Notes: generated by a model from the letters alone, not told the origin. A DNA stretch of 64,000 nucleotides from an uncultured Aquimarina sp. (GCF_947492965.1 NZ_CANLOZ010000001.1:931975-995974), one strand, 5' to 3'. Positions 1 through 8,383 are shown, counted from the first letter of the stretch. A program made the numbers and translations.

Positions 1-110
1 AAGTTACATAAGGGAGTAAAACTTTTGATAGTTTGTGTTTTATGTATAAGCATTATTACAATAGTTACACTTCTAATAGAATTTCTAAACGCTCATTAAA
101 ATATAATACT

Positions 111-317
111 ATGAAAAAGAATATGGGAAATACAGATAGGATCATAAGATTTATAGTTGCAATAGCAATTGCATTACTATATTATTTTGGAATACTTCAA
201 GGTACATTAGCCTATGTTTTATTAGCATTTGGCGGAATACTTTTAGTGACTGGCTTTGTAAGTATTTGTCCGTTATATTCAATCGTTGGACTTAATACTT
301 GTAAGGTGAAGAACTAA
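111..317 (+). CDS. DUF2892 (YgaP-like) small membrane protein
   Basis: MKKNMGNTDRIIR...CPLYSIVGLNTC pattern with two TM helices; ATG at 111 preferred over the track start at 33. Confidence 0.85.
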   Translation: MKKNMGNTDRIIRFIVAIAIALLYYFGILQGTLAYVLLAFGGILLVTGFVSICPLYSIVGLNTCKVKN

Positions 318-343
318 GCTTAACGTTCTGATTATTAATTTAT

Positions 344-381
344 GAAATCTGACTTTTCGCTGAGGAGTCAGATTTCTTTTT
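344..381 (+). terminator. Rho-independent terminator
   Basis: gaaatctgact / agtcagatttc stem followed by a T-run. Confidence 0.6.
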
Positions 382-453
382 ATGCAGAAGTATTAGTTTT
401 TATATAGAATTTAGTGTAAGTTGAATGTATTAAAAATACTCAAAACCGTATTC

Positions 454-927
454 ATGAAACTGGATTATAAGGATTTTGTATATGTTATTATTCAAGGGAT
501 ATTATTTGTATGCTATCTCTTAAATCCTAAAGTGATCAATTTCGATTGTGCATCTTTATTATATAAGTTAGGACTTTTATTACTCGGTATTGGGATGGGA
601 ATTATTGCATATGCCTTGTTTCAGCTTCGAGACAGTTTATCTCCTTTTCCTTCGCCCAGAACAGATGCAAAACTTATTCGAACAGGGCTTTATAAATTTA
701 TTAGACATCCAATTTATACAGGAATATTATGCGTGGTATTTGGCTACGCATTATATACGTGTTCTTCGTTTAAAGTAATAATATCCTTTAGTATCTACAT
801 GCTTTTTCATTTTAAAGCAAAGTATGAAGAAAAGAAGTTAACGGTCTTTTTTTCTGAATATGCCGATTATCAAAAGACTACGGGAAGATTTTTGCCAAAA
901 ACATCCACATTTTTAGCTAAAAAATAG
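454..927 (+). CDS. Isoprenylcysteine carboxylmethyltransferase (ICMT/PEMT) family membrane protein
   Basis: LIRTGLYKFIRHPIYTG and EEKKL...YADYQKTTGRFLP motifs; ATG at 454. Confidence 0.8.
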   Translation: MKLDYKDFVYVIIQGILFVCYLLNPKVINFDCASLLYKLGLLLLGIGMGIIAYALFQLRDSLSPFPSPRTDAKLIRTGLYKFIRHPIYTGILCVVFGYALYTCSSFKVIISFSIYMLFHFKAKYEEKKLTVFFSEYADYQKTTGRFLPKTSTFLAKK

Positions 928-933
928 TGTAAT

Positions 934-947
934 GTAACAATAGTTAC
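934..947. promoter_or_regulatory. Palindromic operator GTAAC-N4-GTTAC
   Basis: gtaacaatagttac upstream of yeeE; the same architecture occurs at 3753-3766. Confidence 0.5.
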
Positions 948-995
948 TGACTTTCCTTTTTTAAATCCAGTAGTTTGTAGAGAAAATAAAATTGC

Positions 996-1556
996 ATGAA
1001 TTGGATACAACAACCTTGGCCATGGTATGTTGCAGGACCATTAATTGCACTAGTGATGATTTTATTGCTAATGCTTGATAAAAAAATGGGAATGTCATCT
1101 AACCTTAGAACACTCTGCGCTATTTGCGGAGCTGGAAAGACAACGAGTTTTTTTAGATTTAATTGGAAAGCGCAGCGATGGAATCTAGTTGTTGCTTTGG
1201 GAATGATATTGGGAGGTTTTATCGGAGGAAATTTACTTTCTGAAGATCCAACAGTCCATATAGCGTCTAATGCAATTACAGAAGACTTAAAAGAAATGGG
1301 TTTTAGTGATGTTGGTAATGCTTACGCACCAGATAAATTATATGCTGATAATGTATTCAACGATCCAATAATGTTACTAATTCTGGTAGTAGGTGGTTTA
1401 TTGGTTGGTTTTGGAGCTAGATATGCTGGAGGATGTACCTCTGGTCATGCGATTTCGGGATTAAGCGATTTGCAGTTACCTTCTTTAATAGCCGTTATAG
1501 GATTTTTTATAGGAGGTTTGCTAATGGTTCATTTTATATTTCCATTAATATTTTAG
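996..1556 (+). CDS. YeeE/YedE family sulfur-compound transporter, half 1
   Basis: WPWYVAGPLI N-terminus and GARYAGGCTSGH motif. Confidence 0.9.
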   Translation: MNWIQQPWPWYVAGPLIALVMILLLMLDKKMGMSSNLRTLCAICGAGKTTSFFRFNWKAQRWNLVVALGMILGGFIGGNLLSEDPTVHIASNAITEDLKEMGFSDVGNAYAPDKLYADNVFNDPIMLLILVVGGLLVGFGARYAGGCTSGHAISGLSDLQLPSLIAVIGFFIGGLLMVHFIFPLIF

Positions 1557-1558
1557 AG

Positions 1559-1972
1559 ATGAGAACAGTAATTTATTTAGGTGTCGGAATTTTATTCGGG
1601 ATTGTTCTTTTTAAATCAGAAGCAGCCTCATGGTTTAGAATTTACGAAATGTTCCAGTTTGGATCTTTCCATATGTATGGAATTATTGGTTCTGCTGTTG
1701 TCATCGGAAGTGTTTTTATCCAATTCGCGAAAAAAGGAAAGATAACATCCTTCTCTGGAAATAAAATCAACATGGTTCCAAAAGAAAGAGGATTTTATAG
1801 ATATCTATTAGGAGGAATAATTTTTGGCTTGGGTTGGGCTTTAGCTGGAGCTTGTCCAGGTCCTTTATTTGTTCTGGCTGGAGCTGGTTATTTGCCTATT
1901 GTCATTGTAATAATAGCATCAATATTAGGGACATTTTTGTACGGATTGTTAAAAGATAAATTACCACATTAA
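1559..1972 (+). CDS. YeeE/YedE family transporter, half 2 (DUF6691-like)
   Basis: GGIIFGLGWALAGACPGP motif; ATG 2 nt after the upstream stop. Confidence 0.85.
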   Translation: MRTVIYLGVGILFGIVLFKSEAASWFRIYEMFQFGSFHMYGIIGSAVVIGSVFIQFAKKGKITSFSGNKINMVPKERGFYRYLLGGIIFGLGWALAGACPGPLFVLAGAGYLPIVIVIIASILGTFLYGLLKDKLPH

Positions 1973-2022
1973 TTTAGAGTAATTGATAAGAAGAAAATAT
2001 TAAAGTCGTTGCTATGAAAGAG

Positions 2023-2062
2023 AAGGGCTGAATTTTAAATTAATTTTTAAGATTCAGCCCTT
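2023..2062. terminator. Hairpin between convergent transcripts (probable terminator)
   Basis: aagggctgaat / attcagccctt 11-bp inverted repeat between the yeeE pair and the peptide array. Confidence 0.55.
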
Positions 2063-2069
2063 TAAATGA

Positions 2070-2216
2070 TCATTCTGTTTGATACGTATATCGCTTATTT
2101 CCGGTAATAATATTTCCTTCATAATCGTAAAATTGTGTTATATAATTTACGAATCGATTGTATTGTGGAGTAGCACTATTTCGTGATCGATTCCTTATAT
2201 TTTGTAATGTTCTCAT
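2070..2216 (-). CDS. 48-aa small protein MRTLQNIRNRSRNSATPQYNRFVNYITQFYDYEGNIITGNKRYTYQTE, longer paralogue of the array peptides
   Basis: ATG at 2216 is in register with the repeat units; shares MRTLxN and GNIxxxKR/RY with them. Confidence 0.7.
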   Translation of the reverse strand: MRTLQNIRNRSRNSATPQYNRFVNYITQFYDYEGNIITGNKRYTYQTE

Positions 2217-2253
2217 GATGATTAGATTTTTTGATTGATAATTGATTTTGTAA

Positions 2254-2340
2254 TTATCTATAACGCCTTTTGGCATTCCAGATGTTTCCTTTTGTACTTT
2301 TTAATTTGTTCGAAATTTGATTGTTGTCTAAAGTTCTCAT
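2254..2340 (-). CDS. 28-aa cationic peptide copy 5, MRTLDNNQISNKLKSTKGNIWNAKRRYR
   Basis: Hand-translated ATG...TAA; A-rich leader with A at -3. Confidence 0.7.
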   Translation of the reverse strand: MRTLDNNQISNKLKSTKGNIWNAKRRYR

Positions 2341-2381
2341 GATGTTGATTTTTTTGATTGATGAATAATTGATTCGATTGT

Positions 2382-2468
2382 TTATCTGTAGCGTCTTTTA
2401 GCATTCCAGATATTTCCTTTTGTATTTTTTAATTTGTTCGAAATTTGATTGTTGTCTAAAGTTCTCAT
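2382..2468 (-). CDS. 28-aa cationic peptide copy 4, MRTLDNNQISNKLKNTKGNIWNAKRRYR
   Basis: Hand-translated ATG...TAA. Confidence 0.7.
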   Translation of the reverse strand: MRTLDNNQISNKLKNTKGNIWNAKRRYR

Positions 2469-2509
2469 GATGTTGATTTTTTTGATTGATGAATAATTGA
2501 TTTGATTGT

Positions 2510-2596
2510 CTATCTGTAGCGTCTTTTAGCATTCCAGATATTTCCTTTTGTACTTTTTAATTTGTTCGAAATTTCATTGCTGTCTAAAGTTCTCAT
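2510..2596 (-). CDS. 28-aa cationic peptide copy 3, MRTLDSNEISNKLKSTKGNIWNAKRRYR
   Basis: Hand-translated ATG...TAG; the stop codon switched but is retained. Confidence 0.7.
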   Translation of the reverse strand: MRTLDSNEISNKLKSTKGNIWNAKRRYR

Positions 2597-2638
2597 GATG
2601 TTGATTTTTTTTGATTGATGAATAATTGGTTTGATTGA

Positions 2639-2725
2639 TTATCTGTAGCGTCTTTTAGCATTCCAGATATTTCCTTTTGTACTTTTTAATTTGTTCGAAA
2701 TTTGATTGTTGTCTAAAGTTCTCAT
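2639..2725 (-). CDS. 28-aa cationic peptide copy 2, MRTLDNNQISNKLKSTKGNIWNAKRRYR
   Basis: Hand-translated ATG...TAA. Confidence 0.7.
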   Translation of the reverse strand: MRTLDNNQISNKLKSTKGNIWNAKRRYR

Positions 2726-2769
2726 GGTTTTGATTTTTTTTTTGATTGATGAATAATTGATTTGATTGT

Positions 2770-2856
2770 TTATCTGTATCGTCTTTTAGCATTCCAGATG
2801 TTTCCTTTTGTACTTTTTAATTTGTTTGTGATTTGATTGCTGTCTAAAGTTCTCAT
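2770..2856 (-). CDS. 28-aa cationic peptide copy 1, MRTLDSNQITNKLKSTKGNIWNAKRRYR
   Basis: Hand-translated ATG...TAA. Confidence 0.7.
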   Translation of the reverse strand: MRTLDSNQITNKLKSTKGNIWNAKRRYR

Positions 2857-2890
2857 AATTGATATTGTTTTGAATTGTTATATACTTACT

Positions 2891-2916
2891 AGACAACAAA
2901 ACTTTAATTTTGTTAC
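2891..2916 (-). promoter_or_regulatory. Candidate ECF-sigma-type promoter for the peptide array
   Basis: Minus strand reads GTAAC-N16-TGTCT, 35-60 bp upstream of the first ATG; no TAnnTTTG found nearby. Confidence 0.35.
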
Positions 2917-3138
2917 AGTACTATGTATAAAAAGGTACTATTTTAACATTTTTTAACCAAAATACAGGTGCTTCAGACGTTTTTTAGAAATAAATTAGAG
3001 GTTTAAATGAAAAAAGAGCTACTTTTCCTCAATAAAAATAATTATATATGAAATAAGCCATAACAATAAGATGATACCTGCAGATATGATTAGATGGCGG
3101 TTCGATCTGACCATAAAAAACAATAAAATTATAAACAG

Positions 3139-3438
3139 ATGAAAGATAATTTTAGTAATATAATAAATTCAACTACTCCGGTCCTGATTGACTTTTATGC
3201 AGATTGGTGTGGTCCATGTAAAATGTTAGCTCCTATATTAAAGGAAGTAAAGGAGGAATTAGGAGATTCTATTAAAATTGTAAAAATAGATGTGGACAAA
3301 AATCAAACTTTAGCAGCAAAATATCAGGTGAGAGGAGTTCCAACAATGTTACTCTTTAAAGATGGTAAGCAACTTTGGAGACAATCTGGAGTATTGCAAA
3401 AGCAAAATATTATTTCAATAGTCAAATCTTATACATAA
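3139..3438 (+). CDS. trxA: Thioredoxin
   Basis: DFYADWCGPC active site and VRGVPT cis-Pro loop. Confidence 0.95.
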   Translation: MKDNFSNIINSTTPVLIDFYADWCGPCKMLAPILKEVKEELGDSIKIVKIDVDKNQTLAAKYQVRGVPTMLLFKDGKQLWRQSGVLQKQNIISIVKSYT

Positions 3439-3451
3439 TACTAGTAGTGAT

Positions 3452-3724
3452 ATGATTAAGCATTATAATATTATTGTAACAGGTAAAGTACAAGGAGTTT
3501 GGTATCGCAAAAGCACTTTGGAAAAAGCGCAAGAATTAGGAATAAAAGGAATTGTAAAAAATTTACCTAATGGAGATGTGTATATTGAAGCCGAAGGAGA
3601 TGAAGATCAGTTATCACAGTTGTTGGCATGGTGTGCGGATGGTCCGCAATTTGCAAAAGTTATCAATGTGGATAAGAAAGAAGCACCAGTACTTTCTTTT
3701 AAAGAGTTTCAAATACAATATTAA
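3452..3724 (+). CDS. acyP: Acylphosphatase
   Basis: VTGKVQGVWYR and GIVKNLPNGDVYIEAEG motifs. Confidence 0.95.
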   Translation: MIKHYNIIVTGKVQGVWYRKSTLEKAQELGIKGIVKNLPNGDVYIEAEGDEDQLSQLLAWCADGPQFAKVINVDKKEAPVLSFKEFQIQY

Positions 3725-3752
3725 AACAGCTGTGCTAAGTTGTTTTTGGATT

Positions 3753-3766
3753 GTAACTTTTGTTAC
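3753..3766. promoter_or_regulatory. Palindromic operator GTAAC-N4-GTTAC
   Basis: gtaacttttgttac followed by tga, as at 934-947. Confidence 0.5.
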
Positions 3767-3890
3767 TGAAATCAAAGTTCTCCTTTTATACATTTACCAT
3801 TCTAAAAACTAATTCTTCATATAGTGTAGGAAAGGAATCATTTACTCGACATATAGCAAGGTAAGCGGTTTTCTTTAGTAAATTTGTATT

Positions 3891-4766
3891 ATGGATAAAT
3901 ATGTGAATGTATTTATTGATGCGTTTAAAAATAGTCTTCATTGGACTTGGAACTCTATTATTTTTGAAGTTCCTTGGTATACCAACTATTTCTGGGGATT
4001 AATAGCTATTTCATTATTAGTTTGGAGTTTGGAGTTATTATTTCCATGGAGGAAAGATCAAGCAGTTTTTAGAAAAGATTTTTGGTTAGATGGATTCTAT
4101 ATGTTTTTCAACTTTTTTGTGTTTTCTATTGTAATAAGTGGGGTTTATGAATTGTTGAGTTTATTTTTTAACAACTTAGGAATATCACATCAAAGTCTCA
4201 CGATTTTGAATATATCAGACTTACCAAAATGGTTGCAGTTGCTCGTATTTTTTATTATTCTAGACTTTGTACAATGGTTTACACATGTATTATTACATAA
4301 GTTTTCTTTCTTTTGGCGATTTCATAAAATACATCATTCTGTAAAGGAAATGGGGTTTGCCGCACATCTTAGATACCATTGGATGGAAAACATATTATAC
4401 AAACCTCTTAAAACTATTGGAGTCATGATTTTAGGAGGGTTTGAACCAGAACAGGCTTATATAGTACACTTTTTGGCAATTGGGATAGGGCATTTTAATC
4501 ACGCGAATATTAAGATTACTTGGGGACCCCTTAAGTATATTTTAAATAATCCAGTGATGCATTTATATCATCATGCTTATGTGTTGCCTAAAAATTCTTT
4601 TGGAGTAAATTTTGGAATTAGTTTAAGTCTTTGGGATTATATCTTTAAGACAAATTATATTCCAGAAGATAGCGGAACTGTTAAGATAGGTTTTCCGGGA
4701 GACGAAAATGTGCCTAAAAGTTTTTTAGGACAGTTACTATATGGTTTTAAATACCCCAAAAAATAG
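3891..4766 (+). CDS. Sterol desaturase / fatty acid hydroxylase family protein
   Basis: His boxes HVLLH, HKIHH, HFNH and HLYHH. Confidence 0.9.
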   Translation: MDKYVNVFIDAFKNSLHWTWNSIIFEVPWYTNYFWGLIAISLLVWSLELLFPWRKDQAVFRKDFWLDGFYMFFNFFVFSIVISGVYELLSLFFNNLGISHQSLTILNISDLPKWLQLLVFFIILDFVQWFTHVLLHKFSFFWRFHKIHHSVKEMGFAAHLRYHWMENILYKPLKTIGVMILGGFEPEQAYIVHFLAIGIGHFNHANIKITWGPLKYILNNPVMHLYHHAYVLPKNSFGVNFGISLSLWDYIFKTNYIPEDSGTVKIGFPGDENVPKSFLGQLLYGFKYPKK

Positions 4767-4784
4767 GGTTTATCCTACTATAAG

Positions 4785-4970
4785 ATGAAAGAAAAAGTAC
4801 AGAAAAAAGCTTCTTCAAATACTGTTTATGGATTAGGTATTATTGGTGCTTTGATCTATTATATTAGTCATGCAACAAGTTTTTGGATGGGTTTATTAGG
4901 TGTGGTGAAAGCAATAGTATGGCCTGCTTTTCTTGTATATGAATTACTGAAATTTCTTGGTGCTTCATAA
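4785..4970 (+). CDS. Small membrane protein, hypothetical
   Basis: Two hydrophobic segments; in line with the flanking operon genes. Confidence 0.7.
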   Translation: MKEKVQKKASSNTVYGLGIIGALIYYISHATSFWMGLLGVVKAIVWPAFLVYELLKFLGAS

Positions 4971-5044
4971 ATGGAAGTAATGACTTGTGGTATTTTTAAT
5001 TAATTATAAATTTGAAAAATTTTTGATATTTATTTCCGAGAAAG

Positions 5045-6430
5045 ATGAGAATAGAACAAATGTATACCGGTTGCCTTGCACAAGGAGCATATTATATAGA
5101 AAGTAATGGAGAAGTGGCGATCATAGATCCACTAAGAGAAATAAAACCATATATAGACAAATCAAAGGCTGATAATGCCGAGATCAAATATATTTTCGAA
5201 ACACATTTTCACGCCGATTTTGTGAGTGGACATATCACACTTTCTAAAGAGTCTAATGCTCCGATTGTATATGGACCCAATGCTCATACTTCTTTTGATG
5301 CAATCATTGCAGAAGATGGTCAGGAATTCAAAATAGGAGATGTAACTATTGTGGCCTTGCACACTCCAGGACATACCTTAGAGAGTACTACCTATTTATT
5401 AAGAGATTCAGAAGGAAAAGATCATGCTATTTTTAGTGGAGACACCTTGTTTTTAGGTGATGTAGGCAGACCTGATCTGGCGCAAAAAGCTGCGAATATG
5501 ACCCAAGAACAGTTGGCAGAGATGTTATTTGATAGTTTACGTACTAAAATAATGCCGCTAGGAGATGATGTTATCGTGTATCCAGCGCATGGAGCAGGTT
5601 CAGCATGTGGAAAAAATATGAGTTCAGAAACTGTTGGAACCTTAGGAGTGCAGAAGCAAACCAATTATGCGCTGAGATCGGATATGACCAAGGAAGAGTT
5701 TGTAAAAGAAGTTACGGATGGTTTATTACCGCCTCCCTCTTATTTTCCACTTAATGTGAAAATGAATAAAGAAGGATATGATGACATACAGGTAGTATTA
5801 AATCGTGGAACCCAAAAGTTAGATCCAGATACTTTTGAGCAAATAGCAAATGAGACTGGAGCAGTGATTTTAGACGTAAGGCATCAGAGTGATTTTGTTA
5901 AAGGGCATATTCCAAGATCAATTTTTATAGGTATAGATGGAGGATTTGCACCATGGGTAGGAGCATTGATAGGCGATGTAAAACAACCCATACTATTAGT
6001 TACTCCAGAGGGTAGAGAAGAGGAAACGGTTACCAGATTATCCAGAGTTGGCTTTGATCATACATTAGGATGTTTAGAAGGCGGTTTTGAAACCTGGATA
6101 CAAGCCGGAAAAGAAATCGATCAATTAGATTCTATTACTGCAGATACATTTAAAAATAAACTTACAGAAAGCACACCCGTTTTCGATGTACGAAAACAAT
6201 CTGAGTTTTCTGGAGGACATATTCCAAAAGCTTCTAATACCCCTTTGAGTATGATTAATGATTACTTAGCGGATTTTCCAAAAGATGAAACCTTTTATGT
6301 GCATTGCGCAGGTGGTTATCGTTCGGTGATTGCAGCGTCTATTTTAAAAAGTAGAGGGATTCATAATCTGGTAGATGTGGCAGGTGGTTATAAATCCATC
6401 CAAGAAGTAGGAATTAATACCACCAAATAG
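5045..6430 (+). CDS. MBL-fold hydrolase with two rhodanese domains (persulfide dioxygenase-rhodanese fusion, CstB-like)
   Basis: ETHFHADFVSGH, HTPGHT, GDTLF, YPAHG and C-terminal VHCAGGYRS motifs. Confidence 0.9.
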   Translation: MRIEQMYTGCLAQGAYYIESNGEVAIIDPLREIKPYIDKSKADNAEIKYIFETHFHADFVSGHITLSKESNAPIVYGPNAHTSFDAIIAEDGQEFKIGDVTIVALHTPGHTLESTTYLLRDSEGKDHAIFSGDTLFLGDVGRPDLAQKAANMTQEQLAEMLFDSLRTKIMPLGDDVIVYPAHGAGSACGKNMSSETVGTLGVQKQTNYALRSDMTKEEFVKEVTDGLLPPPSYFPLNVKMNKEGYDDIQVVLNRGTQKLDPDTFEQIANETGAVILDVRHQSDFVKGHIPRSIFIGIDGGFAPWVGALIGDVKQPILLVTPEGREEETVTRLSRVGFDHTLGCLEGGFETWIQAGKEIDQLDSITADTFKNKLTESTPVFDVRKQSEFSGGHIPKASNTPLSMINDYLADFPKDETFYVHCAGGYRSVIAASILKSRGIHNLVDVAGGYKSIQEVGINTTK

Positions 6431-6564
6431 TTAGATTTAAAGACCTTATTTGTAGGTTTTCTTTCATACTATTCGTTAAGGTTTAGCGTTTTAGTTACTG
6501 ATTTAACAGAGTTTTTATTTCAAAACCTTTATTATTGTAACTTAATAAACCTACTTTTAGCTTT

Positions 6565-7437
6565 TTGAATCTTTATTTTTTATACATTATTTCCCTTCAG
6601 GAACAACCTGAACCTGGGATACCGAAATTTTTGGCTGTAATATTAGCCATGACTATTGTTGCTATATGTCTTTATTATATCTCAAGATATCTGGAAACCG
6701 TATATGCAAATAAATATAAGAAGCCCTTTTTTGTACATTTCTATATTACTCCTAAAAAGTTACCTAAGAACTTGGTGCCTTTTTTAGCAACAAACTCTTT
6801 ATACAATAGATTAGACAAACAGAAAAAAAGATTTTTTGAACATCGTGTAGTTCGGTTTTTAGAAACGACAAAGTTTGTAGGAAGAGAAGGTTTGGTTGTA
6901 GATGATGAAAAACGTATGCAAATTACGTTATTGGTAATTCAGATGACTTTTGGGATGCGTAATTATCTATTGGAATATGTAGAGACCATCATATTATATC
7001 CGTCTTCGTATTATTCTATTCTAAACAAAACAGAGAACAAAGGAGAATTTAATCCAAGATCTAAAGCATTAGTGCTGTCTTGGGAACATTTTAACCTTGG
7101 GAATCTAGACCAGGATGATGGTATCAATTTAGGAATTCATGAAATAACGCATGCGATTCATTATTGTTCCTTAAAATGTAATAATATAAGTTCAGAAATA
7201 TTTCATGATACTTTTTTAGAATTAGAAGATCATTTATCTTCAGTTACGTTAAGAAATAAAATTATTGATAGTAAGTTACTAAGAGAATATGCGTTTACAG
7301 ATAAATTTGAGTTTATCGCTGTGTTGGTTGAGGTCTTTATGGAATCTCCTGATAAGTTAAGAGATCAATTTCCTGATATCTATTTATATGTAAGCAGGAT
7401 GCTCAATTTCCGTTATTTTGAAACTCAGATTAATTAA
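6565..7437 (+). CDS. Zinc-dependent peptidase, MtfA/M90 family, with N-terminal membrane anchor
   Basis: INLGIHEITHAIH (HExxH) and REYAFTDKFEFIAVLVEVF motifs; TTG start uncertain. Confidence 0.8.
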   Translation: MNLYFLYIISLQEQPEPGIPKFLAVILAMTIVAICLYYISRYLETVYANKYKKPFFVHFYITPKKLPKNLVPFLATNSLYNRLDKQKKRFFEHRVVRFLETTKFVGREGLVVDDEKRMQITLLVIQMTFGMRNYLLEYVETIILYPSSYYSILNKTENKGEFNPRSKALVLSWEHFNLGNLDQDDGINLGIHEITHAIHYCSLKCNNISSEIFHDTFLELEDHLSSVTLRNKIIDSKLLREYAFTDKFEFIAVLVEVFMESPDKLRDQFPDIYLYVSRMLNFRYFETQIN

Positions 7438-7577
7438 TTTATATGTTACTTTTTAAGTGACCTATCAGTTAAATCTAAAAAAAAGAAGAAATCAGGGTAA
7501 CATTTTGCGCTATATTGACACTTATGTTTAACGATAAAAAGTATCTTAGTACGTATAACAAATTAAAAAAATAAAAA

Positions 7578-8282
7578 ATGGAAGAATTTCAGCAAGTAGC
7601 TCCAGTAGTAAGTTCTCTTACTGACGAAAAGAGAGTAGCTTTTTATAAAAAGACATATACCCATCTGGCAATGGCTGTGTTATTATTTGTAATTGTAGAA
7701 TGGGTGTTTTTTCAGATAGAGCCATTAGTAAATTTTGCTTTCTCTATGACGCAGGGATGGAGATGGTTATTAATGTTAGGAGGATTTATGCTGGCAACTA
7801 ATTACGCGGAAAGAATGGCGCATAAAACTCATGATATTAATAAGCAATACTTAGGTCTTGTATTATACGTGGTTGCAGAAGCGTTTATTTTTATTCCTTT
7901 AATTGGGATAGCTATGATGATTGCTGAGAGTGGTGGTGCTAATATATTAAATCAAGCAGCAATTCTTACGTTAGCATTGTTTACCGGTTTGTCTGGTGTC
8001 GTACTCTTGACAAAAAAAGATTTCTCTTTTCTTAGATCTATGTTAACAATAGGGTTTTTTATTGCCCTTGGTTTAATTGTAGCGGGAATGTTATTTGGTT
8101 TTAATCTTGGTTTATGGTTTAGCGTTGGGATGGTAGTTTTAGCTTCGGGATCAATTTTATACCAAACCTCTAATATGGTTCATAAATACTCGGAAGATCA
8201 ATATGTAGGTGCTTCATTAGGTTTGTTTGCATCATTAATGTTATTATTCTGGTATATTCTAAGTATCTTATCTAATGACTAA
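7578..8282 (+). CDS. Bax inhibitor-1 / YccA family membrane protein
   Basis: Seven TM segments; KKDFSFL and ILYQTS motifs. Confidence 0.88.
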   Translation: MEEFQQVAPVVSSLTDEKRVAFYKKTYTHLAMAVLLFVIVEWVFFQIEPLVNFAFSMTQGWRWLLMLGGFMLATNYAERMAHKTHDINKQYLGLVLYVVAEAFIFIPLIGIAMMIAESGGANILNQAAILTLALFTGLSGVVLLTKKDFSFLRSMLTIGFFIALGLIVAGMLFGFNLGLWFSVGMVVLASGSILYQTSNMVHKYSEDQYVGASLGLFASLMLLFWYILSILSND

Positions 8283-8310
8283 CAGCAAAGATTAGATAAA
8301 ATAAAACATT

Positions 8311-8346
8311 AAAAAGCGGGAGTTTTAATATAAACTCCCGCTTTTT
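8311..8346. terminator. Bidirectional Rho-independent terminator
   Basis: aaaaagcgggagttt / aaactcccgcttttt. Confidence 0.85.
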
Positions 8347-8383
8347 CTTATAGCGAAATTTTGTTCTTTTCTAGTTGAAACCT

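Larger units (their letters stand above)
2209..2856 (-). repeat. Tandem array with period 124-131 bp, each unit one 87-nt ORF plus a 37-44 nt A-rich spacer
   Basis: gttctcat anchors at 2209, 2333, 2461, 2589, 2718 and 2849. Confidence 0.97.

Noticed and set aside
2070-2276. Track ORF of 68 aa starting MPKGV
   Set aside because: The upstream part is an out-of-frame read of peptide copy 5 and its spacer; the ATG at 2216 matches the repeat register
2209-2856. CRISPR array or type III antitoxin RNA repeats
   Set aside because: Units are ~128 bp with no unique spacers, there are no cas or toxin genes nearby, and the variation pattern is codon-structured
2254-2856. Streptide-like RiPP precursor (KGNIW resembles the KGDGW K-x3-W motif)
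   Set aside because: No radical SAM enzyme, protease or transporter in the window, and the long paralogue lacks the Trp; kept only as a remote possibility
3075-3115. Possible ncRNA or riboswitch upstream of trxA (cagat...atctg, atgg...ccat)
   Set aside because: Only 4-5 bp alternative stems and no recognisable aptamer motif
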